Under the pieces are notes generated by a model, which saw only the letters and a list, made by a program, of their open reading frames with translations, had not been told where the DNA came from and ran no database searches. From IMG/VR virus record IMGVR_UViG_2718218131_000006: a DNA stretch of 49,917 nucleotides. One strand, 5' to 3'. A program made the position numbers and the translations under genes. The DNA is from a virus. Its lineage: Duplodnaviria > Heunggongvirae > Uroviricota > Caudoviricetes. This document shows positions 38,963 through 46,033 of this stretch, piece by piece; within the stretch, counting starts at the first letter, position 1, and the number at the start of each line of letters is the position of its first letter.

Positions 38963-39660
38963 TGGCTGCTTCCTTTGCGAATCTGTTCCGCCCATTCTTC
39001 AAGGGATTTCTCCGCATATTCACCAGACAGGCCATCAATCGGATGCGCTTCATTAGCCAACTCTTCTTTCGCTGACAAAATCATGCGTGTAACGTCGAAA
39101 ACTTCACGCAAAGACTTATTGATAAATCCGTGATTGAACGCAGCAGCAAGACGGCTGGCGGTATAGTTAATCCCCTCGTTGCGTGCTTCCGCACGAATTT
39201 CAGCCAGAAAAGCATCGGTAGCTGGAGTTTCGCTGTGGTGTAGGGCATCGTTGATAATCATTGCAGCAACACCAGCCTGCCCTGCATCCGTGACCGACAC
39301 ATGATCAAGAGTTACAGCCATTGCGTGTTTCAGCCCGGCGTTCTCTGCCACCAGAGCCGCGAGCTTAGTCTCAAGCGGTGCTATTCGGCACATAGCATCA
39401 ATATTTGTGTCCTCCAGGCGCTTAATTTCACCAAGTAGCTCCAGTGCAACCTTTGGGTTGAATGCGGCAATATAACGAGCGTTGTTCTCTGCGTTTTTCA
39501 GTCCATCAAAGCCGGTCCATTTGATAACATCTTCACATCGTTTATCACCGGGCGTATGCACAGCATACGTACCTGTACCCGTCGAAATAAACGCGACCCA
39601 TTCGCCCTGTGTTGCCTGTTTTGCTATCTCACGTAGTGCCTGATAGTTAATTTTGCTCAC
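38959..39660 (-). CDS. Paralogue 3 (N-terminus like paralogue 1, C-terminus like paralogue 2), GTG start
   Basis: AGGAGG then GTG; [20 protein letters not shown] and [23 protein letters not shown]. Confidence 0.6.
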   Translation of the reverse strand: MSKINYQALREIAKQATQGEWVAFISTGTGTYAVHTPGDKRCEDVIKWTGFDGLKNAENNARYIAAFNPKVALELLGEIKRLEDTNIDAMCRIAPLETKLAALVAENAGLKHAMAVTLDHVSVTDAGQAGVAAMIINDALHHSETPATDAFLAEIRAEARNEGINYTASRLAAAFNHGFINKSLREVFDVTRMILSAKEELANEAHPIDGLSGEYAEKSLEEWAEQIRKGSSQ

Positions 39661-40399
39661 TGGTTGCCTCCTGGCAAAGCTGGGCGACAATATCGCGATA
39701 TTTATTCAGCTCCCGCAGCGCGACACAGACTCGCTCCCATTTCCGGATATCACTTTTCGCCCGACGCAGTTCGCGGTTTGCCTGTCGCAGCGATGGCAGA
39801 ACCAGATTATCCACTCGATTCTCAAGCGGCTGCACAATGTCTGCCACAGTTTCTGTTTTAATATCTTCCTGTGTTGCAGCTTCCTGTCCCGGTAACGCAA
39901 CACCTGCTGGTTGAGGAAAGGCCTTACCATCACTTTCCGTTACCAGCGCGGCTTTCGGCTCTGCTGGTAAATTATCGCCCGGCATGCAGTAACGAAATTT
40001 ACCGTTCTGATTAACGCGTGCCAGCCGCCCCGTTGCGGTTACCACCGCCAGCGTGGAAGCAACCTTGCGAGTACTGACACCGAACTTACCCGCCAGTTCC
40101 TCACACGTTTTAGCCCCATCCTGACCGATAAACTCAATCATCATGTCTGCGGTAACTTTTTGTTCGACCTCCCCGGTCAGCATATCCTGTGCTTCAGATT
40201 TTACTGGCCGCTCTTCGGTTACCCGGGATTCACCTTCGCCAGCCAGAGACCAGGTGTGACCAGTTTTATCAACAACGCCATTTCTTTTGAGTTCCCACAG
40301 CTCGTTGACAGCCTCTTCACGACTGATATCAAGTCGCGCAGCCAGTTCTACCGACGTGGCTTTTCCCATTGCTTTCAGTGCGTCAAATACAGTTTCCAT
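39647..40399 (-). CDS. Hypothetical protein with possible N-terminal winged helix
   Basis: GGGAGG ribosome-binding site before ATG at 40399; N-terminus [43 protein letters not shown]. Confidence 0.55.
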   Translation of the reverse strand: METVFDALKAMGKATSVELAARLDISREEAVNELWELKRNGVVDKTGHTWSLAGEGESRVTEERPVKSEAQDMLTGEVEQKVTADMMIEFIGQDGAKTCEELAGKFGVSTRKVASTLAVVTATGRLARVNQNGKFRYCMPGDNLPAEPKAALVTESDGKAFPQPAGVALPGQEAATQEDIKTETVADIVQPLENRVDNLVLPSLRQANRELRRAKSDIRKWERVCVALRELNKYRDIVAQLCQEATSEQN

Positions 40400-40421
40400 T
40401 AAAATTTCCTCCCGGTAAAAA

Positions 40422-41168
40422 TCACTTCGCAATTCCTGGCTGGACGACATTCGGACGCCAGCTCTCCCAGTTAAAATTCACCCATCGCCCGCCGTTCATG
40501 GTCATGCGATCCATAATCCGCTCGCCGAGCAATGTTTTCATGGCCTCATAGTTCAGGTTTGTCAGCATCCCCACGCTGCGCATCGACGCTGTCCGGCGAT
40601 CAACAATCTGGTGCAGCACCACCTGCTCGTTTTTTGTCTCGCGCTGAATGCCAATTTCATCAAGAACCAGCAGATCCACTTGGCACAGTTCCCGCAAAAA
40701 TTTTTCGCCTGATTGCCCGTCGTCATAGCTGGCGTGTAGAGCACTCATGACATCAGCCACGGTAACCACAATCACTGTCTGGCCATCTTTCAGCAGGCGA
40801 TTCCCGATAGCCGCCGCCAGATGGTTTTTTCCGGTACCAGGTTTTCCGCTGAACGCAAAATTTGTACACCCGGTCATCAGTTCATCAGCGATAGATTTCG
40901 CCTGGTTCAACGCGTATCGCTGACCGTCGTTCTGCACCTGGTAATTCGCAAACGAGCATTTGCGGTGCAATGGCTGGATGCCAGAGCGATTCAGAATTTT
41001 TTCCACCCGCAACTGACGATTCTGACGGTTGATCTCCTCACAACGTTTCTGGCCTTCGGAAAGTTGCCACTCGCGCCACTCCGCTACCGTTTTGAATGGG
41101 GCGGTTACATGTGGCGGGGCCAGTCTGCGGATACGTTCAAGAATGCCTCCTGCCGCAATATTTTTCAT
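40422..41168 (-). CDS. DnaC-like replicative helicase loader (AAA+)
   Basis: Walker [11 protein letters not shown], Walker [10 protein letters not shown]; follows the O-like gene. Confidence 0.85.
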   Translation of the reverse strand: MKNIAAGGILERIRRLAPPHVTAPFKTVAEWREWQLSEGQKRCEEINRQNRQLRVEKILNRSGIQPLHRKCSFANYQVQNDGQRYALNQAKSIADELMTGCTNFAFSGKPGTGKNHLAAAIGNRLLKDGQTVIVVTVADVMSALHASYDDGQSGEKFLRELCQVDLLVLDEIGIQRETKNEQVVLHQIVDRRTASMRSVGMLTNLNYEAMKTLLGERIMDRMTMNGGRWVNFNWESWRPNVVQPGIAK

Positions 41169-41174
41169 GGTCAG

Positions 41175-42140
41175 TTACCCCCTGAAGCCCGGCGGAATTT
41201 CGGTATCCGGTTCAGAAATGTGATTCACACAACGCTGTACAGGCGAACGCCCCAGACGAATAACCAGCTCATCCCATTTTTCGCGAAGCTTTGACGGGCT
41301 CATGACGTTTTTTACCCAGAAGGGATCCCGCTGCACCCGACCAAACATTTCGCAAATTTGTCTGTGAGTTCTGCCATCCAGCATCCGCATTGTGCGCACA
41401 TCATTGGCCCATGCAGCCCAGTTGGGTTCTTTCGGTCGCATGATTTCGCCATCATCGCTGGCAGCCTGCTCGTAAAGACTCACGATTCGTCCCCAGATCC
41501 ACTGCGCACACGCTAAATCTTCCTGGCTACCCCACTGGCGTTTTTTCGCACTGAACACAACCGCGTCAGGGTGTCGGGTTAAAAAATCCTGTTCAGCCGT
41601 CTGCATGTCCGGTTGCGAAGCTTCCGGACGAGAAGTGTTTTTATTCTCTGTAGTGATCTCTGTTGTATTCTCTGTAAGATCATCAGGCCATTTTGACCCG
41701 ATGACATTGTGTCGTTTTGAACCAATGGAGCGTGTCATTTTGGCCTCTTCCATCGTGTCATTTTGACCTGATGGAGCGGCGCATTTTGACCTGATGGATT
41801 CGCTCACTTTGCCACCATCTAAAAGCTCGCTCTCGTAATTAATCGTGTAAAAATTAGTCATGTCACGCTTTGATTTGTTGAGCTTTTCGCAACGCAAAAG
41901 CCCCAGCGCTTTCAGACTTGCAAATGCGCGTTTTAACGTTGACTCTGACCAGAACGGGAACTGTTCCAGCCATTGTTCTGTTGTGTTATAAATCCAGCGA
42001 ACACCATCACATTCCATGCCGGAACCGGTATCTCTCAACCAGTAATGCAGCTGCTGCAACACGATGGCTTCGTTCAGACCAATTTTCATCGCCAGCTGCG
42101 TGTTAATAACCAGTGGGCGTTCAGCAAAAAGAAGACTCAT
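41175..42140 (-). CDS. Replication initiator (O-like organiser) with origin iterons inside the coding sequence
   Basis: Position between the cro-proximal gene and the DnaC-like gene; contains an iteron array; start set at MSLLFAERP. Confidence 0.7.
   Translation of the reverse strand: MSLLFAERPLVINTQLAMKIGLNEAIVLQQLHYWLRDTGSGMECDGVRWIYNTTEQWLEQFPFWSESTLKRAFASLKALGLLRCEKLNKSKRDMTNFYTINYESELLDGGKVSESIRSKCAAPSGQNDTMEEAKMTRSIGSKRHNVIGSKWPDDLTENTTEITTENKNTSRPEASQPDMQTAEQDFLTRHPDAVVFSAKKRQWGSQEDLACAQWIWGRIVSLYEQAASDDGEIMRPKEPNWAAWANDVRTMRMLDGRTHRQICEMFGRVQRDPFWVKNVMSPSKLREKWDELVIRLGRSPVQRCVNHISEPDTEIPPGFRG
41685..41805. repeat. Putative origin iterons: 5-6 copies of about CATTTTGACCTGATGGA at 23-24 bp spacing, with an AT-rich block at 41820-41870
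   Basis: Repeats read directly, for example ccattttgacccgatg, gtcattttgacctgatggagcg, gcgcattttgacctgatggattcg. Confidence 0.65.
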
Positions 42141-42642
42141 AATTCCATCCGACTTTTTGTTGATATTGCTGACGATACGCACGCTTGAAAGCAATGGCTT
42201 TTTCTATAAGCTCGTCAGTCTCACGTTCCACAACAGCTGGATCCGCAAAAAGCAGCCCGGACTCCACCACATCGCCATATTCTTTGTTTAACCCGGCGAT
42301 CATGTACGTAATGCTTTTTCCGTCAGTAATTTCACAATACAACCTGAAATCGCTGATCCGGATAGCCTCCATAATTGCCGGAATCAGCGCCGTGAATTTT
42401 TCACGCTTATCCCTGGTGTCGATAGCTTTCCAGCGTTCGAATATCTTCACCCTGTTAACGCCCAGCGCCCGTTGATCAACCGCGCCATCATCAAACGTGA
42501 CGCGATGAACATCGATGTTCGGGCGTTCTTTCAGAGCCCAGAATGCTTCCGTGATTAATATCGTCGCCTGCTCCTGCGTCATTCCTGGTCGGCATACCCA
42601 GGCATCCAGAGCCTCGCGAGCCTGCTCAGGAGTGAATATCAT
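42121..42642 (-). CDS. Hypothetical early protein (possibly YdaT/cII-like)
   Basis: 173-aa ORF between the cro-like and O-like genes; family assignment is a guess. Confidence 0.5.
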   Translation of the reverse strand: MIFTPEQAREALDAWVCRPGMTQEQATILITEAFWALKERPNIDVHRVTFDDGAVDQRALGVNRVKIFERWKAIDTRDKREKFTALIPAIMEAIRISDFRLYCEITDGKSITYMIAGLNKEYGDVVESGLLFADPAVVERETDELIEKAIAFKRAYRQQYQQKVGWNYESSFC

Positions 42643-42901
42643 TGTTCACCGCCAGTGATTCATTCGACATACACTTATTTTCACAAGGTAGTCCATCTGT
42701 TGGGTTGGGATAAATGTCAGGGCGAAGTTCGTGGGGAGTAATTTCCCAATTCAGTAATGCACAGAGTGACGACACGCGTTCAGCAGGAACCTTGCCTTTA
42801 ATGAACCACTTGCCTACGGCCTGGGAGCTAATGCCAAAGTGTTTGCCAATGTCAGTTTTCGACATTTTTTTAGAGATCTTATCGTGAATTTGATTACTCA
42901 T
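42626..42901 (-). CDS. Cro/DicC-like small helix-turn-helix regulator
   Basis: Divergent from the repressor; MSKTDIGKHFGISSQAVGKWF resembles the DicC/YdaS N-terminus; start could be 42864. Confidence 0.6.
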   Translation of the reverse strand: MSNQIHDKISKKMSKTDIGKHFGISSQAVGKWFIKGKVPAERVSSLCALLNWEITPHELRPDIYPNPTDGLPCENKCMSNESLAVNNDIHS

Positions 42902-42939
42902 ACTTTCCACCAGTACTATTAATTTCACCTACGCTACCA

Positions 42940-42980
42940 TCAAAAACTATAAGTTTCAACACAAAACCTATAGTTTTGCT
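42940..42980. promoter_or_regulatory. Two near-palindromic operator-like sites (AAAACYATAGTTTT type) between the divergent cro-like and repressor genes
   Basis: aaaaactataagttt (42942-42957) and aaaacctatagtttt (42963-42977); TATACT -10-like hexamer at 42991. Confidence 0.5.
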
Positions 42981-43013
42981 GATTGGTGAAACCTTTGGTT
43001 GTATACTTAAAAA

Positions 43014-43424
43014 ATGAGTAAAATAAACCATCCAATATTTGCTGAGAGAGTTCGGCAAGCAATGAGCGAACATGGCTGGTCGTTAGCCGGTCTGGCTAAA
43101 AAGGTTATGCTGTCCCATACCGCTGTGCGTAAGTGGGCAACAGGAGAAACCATTGCCAGCGGAGAAAGATTAAAAAGACTTGCCGCGGTAACAGGAAAAC
43201 CAGAACATTGGTTTTTTATGCCGCTAAATGAACATTCAAAGGAAGAAGATGCACCACCACTAATCCAGCTTGACGACAAAGAAAAGGCGCTATTGTCCCT
43301 TTTTAATCAGTTGCCAGAAACGGAAAAGCTGAGACTAATCATGCACACAAAAAGCATTCTTCATGAAATGGATCTTCTAAAAAACGATGTATACGACATA
43401 ATCAATGATATTCAAAAACAATAA
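43014..43424 (+). CDS. Prophage repressor (DicA/cI-like, XRE helix-turn-helix)
   Basis: N-terminal helix-turn-helix AERVRQAMSEHGWSLAGLAKKVMLSHTAVRKW; KALLSLFNQLPETEK resembles DicA. Confidence 0.75.
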   Translation: MSKINHPIFAERVRQAMSEHGWSLAGLAKKVMLSHTAVRKWATGETIASGERLKRLAAVTGKPEHWFFMPLNEHSKEEDAPPLIQLDDKEKALLSLFNQLPETEKLRLIMHTKSILHEMDLLKNDVYDIINDIQKQ

Positions 43425-43432
43425 GTTACATG

Positions 43433-43460
43433 AAAAAAGCGCCTCCCTGGCGCTTTTTTT
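43433..43460 (+). terminator. Rho-independent terminator after the repressor gene
   Basis: GCGCC-tccct-GGCGC then TTTTTTT. Confidence 0.75.
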
Positions 43461-43496
43461 ATCCTCACAAATAAAACTTTATGTTCCATTGCCTAT

Positions 43497-43525
43497 TGAC
43501 CAATAAAACCAATAGTTTTACCATT
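43497..43525 (+). promoter_or_regulatory. Putative early-left promoter with an operator-like palindrome in the spacer
   Basis: TTGACC, 17-nt spacer, TACCAT; spacer contains aaaaccaatagtttt, a third copy of the operator-like motif. Confidence 0.45.
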
Positions 43526-43602
43526 CATTCCATCAACAACGAACCGCATCGTTGTCAGGCTAAAGTTCCGCTACCCCGGCGTTAAGGGGAAATGAGGTCA
43601 GC

Positions 43603-43758
43603 ATGGATACTATCGATCTTGGCAACAACGAATCTCTGGTGTACGGCGTGTTTCCAAACCAGGACGGCACCTTCACCGCAATGACGTATACCAAAAGCAA
43701 AACGTTTAAAACCGAAAATGGTGCCCGTCGCTGGCTGGAAAGAAACTCAGGTGAGTGA
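43603..43758 (+). CDS. Small protein, YdfA-like by position and length (51 aa)
   Basis: Not in the ORF track because under 60 aa; GAGGT ribosome-binding site; MDTIDLGNNESLVYGVF... Confidence 0.5.
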   Translation: MDTIDLGNNESLVYGVFPNQDGTFTAMTYTKSKTFKTENGARRWLERNSGE

Positions 43759-43759
43759 T

Positions 43760-43888
43760 ATGGATTTTGACACAATCATGGAAAAGGCTTACGAAGAATA
43801 CTTCGAAGGCCTTGCCGAAGGCGAAGAAGCTCACAGCTTCAACGAATTTAAACAGGCGCTTTCCAGTTCGGCAAAATCTAACGGCTGA
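43760..43888 (+). CDS. Small acidic protein, YdfB-like by position and length (42 aa)
   Basis: ATG 2 nt after the previous stop with GGTGAG ribosome-binding site; MDFDTIMEKAYEEYFEGLAEGEE...; preferred over the overlapping basic 69-aa track ORF. Confidence 0.45.
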   Translation: MDFDTIMEKAYEEYFEGLAEGEEAHSFNEFKQALSSSAKSNG

Positions 43889-43917
43889 TAAGCGAAACAG
43901 CACCGCGAGGAATCAGT

Positions 43918-44124
43918 ATGCAGAAACGAGAACCCGTCATCATCGCGCCAGACTATACCGATGATGAACTTTATGAGTGGATGCGCGGGAAGATACGCGC
44001 CATTAATGACCTGAAGCAGGCCACTGATCACAAAGAGCGCCTCTCTGAAACACTGGCGTCAGTGACGCAGGATATTACCGCTCTGGCAAAAAGCGCGGCA
44101 TTAAACGTTTCGCGAGTGATCTAA
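43918..44124 (+). CDS. Small protein, YdfC-like by position
   Basis: 68-aa ORF with GAGGAA ribosome-binding site. Confidence 0.55.
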   Translation: MQKREPVIIAPDYTDDELYEWMRGKIRAINDLKQATDHKERLSETLASVTQDITALAKSAALNVSRVI

Positions 44125-44148
44125 AACCACCGACTGATGAGGTTGACT

Positions 44149-44787
44149 ATGGAATTTAAAGATTTACCAATTTCAATACAGGAAATGGCCGCTGATGTGA
44201 TTCGCTCGCAACTGGCGCGGAACCCAATGATATTAGTAGATAAACTGTTCATCAGAAATTTATCAAATCATGTCCGTAATTCTTTTACCGGACTGTATTC
44301 ATATTCGTTCACAAACAATCATTGTGTAGAAAATAAAGCAAAACTCATTGCAGAAACGACAGCGCAAAACATCAACACGAAACCAACGGAAGAAGAAATT
44401 GATCAGTTTGCTCATGATGCTGGTTTAAAAAACAAGGAAGAAAAATCGCCATATGCGGGAAACATGTTTGTTTATGACAACCTTATCCGAATTCGTGGCG
44501 AAATTCCGACTGAATACCTGGCAAAAATTCACCAGGCATTACTTAAAAATCTGGAAACGGAAGTATTTGATGGCAACACCAACGGCTCCTTCGTGGTGTC
44601 AGCTCTCGCAAAAGAGTGGGATAAAGATAATCGCTGGAATGTTGCTACATGGTTATTCAGCAACAAAGCTTCCGCCCTGGAAGCTGCGGCGTGTATTTGC
44701 GACCTGCTAAGGACAGACCGCAAATACAACCTGGATGTGTATAGCTATATTTATGCTGAACACTATCCGCTATGGATTAACTGGTAA
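44149..44787 (+). CDS. Hypothetical AT-rich 212-aa protein (moron of unknown function)
   Basis: GAGG ribosome-binding site; lower GC than its surroundings; no recognisable motifs. Confidence 0.6.
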   Translation: MEFKDLPISIQEMAADVIRSQLARNPMILVDKLFIRNLSNHVRNSFTGLYSYSFTNNHCVENKAKLIAETTAQNINTKPTEEEIDQFAHDAGLKNKEEKSPYAGNMFVYDNLIRIRGEIPTEYLAKIHQALLKNLETEVFDGNTNGSFVVSALAKEWDKDNRWNVATWLFSNKASALEAAACICDLLRTDRKYNLDVYSYIYAEHYPLWINW

Positions 44788-44997
44788 TTACAAAGCTGTA
44801 CCAGCAGGGCCACGACGACCAGCACCACGATTGTAATCAATGATGCCATTATAAAGCGCATTATTTAATTTATCGTCGAATGCCGATTCTGTGAGTCCTA
44901 GCTCTGAATGAGTTTTTAATAACCCTGATTGCCTGAGTTGATTAACCAGGCATTCAATCTGTTTTTCAATAAGCGGATGTATTGGCTTGTTTGGCAT
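44788..44997 (-). CDS. Hypothetical 69-aa protein, convergent with and abutting the 212-aa gene
   Basis: GGAGGA ribosome-binding site; MPNKPIHPLIEKQIECLVNQLRQSGLL...; stop codons of the two genes form TAATTA. Confidence 0.45.
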   Translation of the reverse strand: MPNKPIHPLIEKQIECLVNQLRQSGLLKTHSELGLTESAFDDKLNNALYNGIIDYNRGAGRRGPAGTAL

Positions 44998-45324
44998 TTT
45001 ATCCTCCATTGAGGTTCTGGGTTAAAAATGGAGACCAACACGCTGCCACGTGTGGTCGTGCGCCGGACACGGATAAGAATCCGGTACTGACAGTTTACTG
45101 AAAGGATATTTCCCTGAAAAGTCAGGGCATAACGCGAAAGCGCACGGCGGAGGTGTCTTTTCCTTAGAAGGCTTGTCGTTAGATTTCTTCGACCGTGCGC
45201 TTCCGGTTGTGGCAATCCGCGAAATGGCGCGGCGGTACGTATGGCGGGGTTATTCCTTCCCCCTGTTGAGGACACCGGGTTGTCAGGTTGACCATACGCC
45301 TGAGTGACAACCCCGCTGCAACAA

Positions 45325-45383
45325 CCCATGTTGATTACCTTTTGGCGGCATCAGTTTCATTGCTGGCTGATGTCCGCCCTTTT
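45325..45383 (+). ncRNA. dicF: DicF-like small RNA with intrinsic terminator
   Basis: TTTTGGCGGCATCAGTTTCATTGCTGGCTGATGTCCGCCCTTTTT resembles my memory of K-12 DicF; located just upstream of the dicB homologue as in Qin; 5' end approximate. Confidence 0.6.
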
Positions 45384-45387
45384 TAAA

Positions 45388-45550
45388 GTGAATTTTGTGA
45401 TGCGGTGAATGCGGCTCAGCGCACGCGGAACAGTTAAAAAGGCCAGTTGACTTCCGTATTGGTTCTTATGGGTGGGTTCTCTGTATCCGGCGTTAATTGT
45501 TAACTGGTTAACGTCACCTGGAGGCACCAGGCACCGCATCACAAAATTCA
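45388..45550 (+). promoter_or_regulatory. Perfect 19-bp inverted repeat enclosing about 125 nt, between the DicF terminator and the dicB ribosome-binding site
   Basis: TGAATTTTGTGATGCGGTG at 45388-45406 and its exact reverse complement at 45532-45550. Confidence 0.6.
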
Positions 45551-45567
45551 TTGTTGAGGACGCGATA

Positions 45568-45756
45568 ATGGAAACGTTATTACCAAACGTTAATACGTCT
45601 GAAGGTTGTTTTGAAATTGGTGTCAGTATCAGTAACCCTGTATTTACTGAAGATGCCATTAATAAGAGAAAACACGAACGGGAGCTATTAAATCAAATAT
45701 GCATTGTTTCAATGCTGGCCCGTTTACGTCTGATGCAAAAAGGATACTGGCAATGA
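45568..45756 (+). CDS. dicB: Cell-division inhibitor DicB
   Basis: 62 aa METLLPNVNTSEGCFEIGVSISNPVFTEDAINKRK...SMLARLRLM matches my memory of K-12 DicB; GAGGA ribosome-binding site. Confidence 0.8.
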   Translation: METLLPNVNTSEGCFEIGVSISNPVFTEDAINKRKHERELLNQICIVSMLARLRLMQKGYWQ

Positions 45757-45956
45757 ATACTGCTATTGCCCTCACTCTGACTGTTTTTCTTAACACTGGC
45801 GAGCCTGTTGACCTGGTTATTGACATTTACGGTTCGATGAAAGAATGCATGGCTGCCGCAGCAGAACAGAAAATTCCCGGTAACTGTTATCCGGTTGATA
45901 AAGTTATTCACATGGACAATAACGAAATCCCGGCAGGACTTAAACCAGCACCGTAA
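45753..45956 (+). CDS. Small protein, YdfD-like by position
   Basis: 67 aa; ATGA overlap with the dicB stop; hydrophobic N-terminus. Confidence 0.55.
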   Translation: MNTAIALTLTVFLNTGEPVDLVIDIYGSMKECMAAAAEQKIPGNCYPVDKVIHMDNNEIPAGLKPAP

Positions 45957-46033
45957 TAAATATCCGGTTTCATTTTTATATGCCAGCAATGACAGGGATT
46001 TGTTCACCCTTAAATCTATAATGAGGTTTATCA

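Noticed and set aside
43755-43964. 69-aa basic low-complexity plus-strand ORF
   Set aside because: Overlaps two better-supported small genes (YdfB-like and YdfC-like frames) that have ribosome-binding sites
44916-45329. 137-aa minus-strand ORF in the GC-rich non-coding interval
   Set aside because: Arg-rich, no ribosome-binding site, overlaps the start of the 69-aa gene; more likely non-coding DNA
45456-45480. Promoter-like TTGACT hexamer inside the inverted-repeat loop
   Set aside because: No acceptable -10 element at 16-18 bp spacing
45388-45550. Retron (msr/msd) hypothesis for the inverted-repeat-flanked structured region
   Set aside because: No reverse transcriptase gene in the vicinity; context is the dicF-dicB operon
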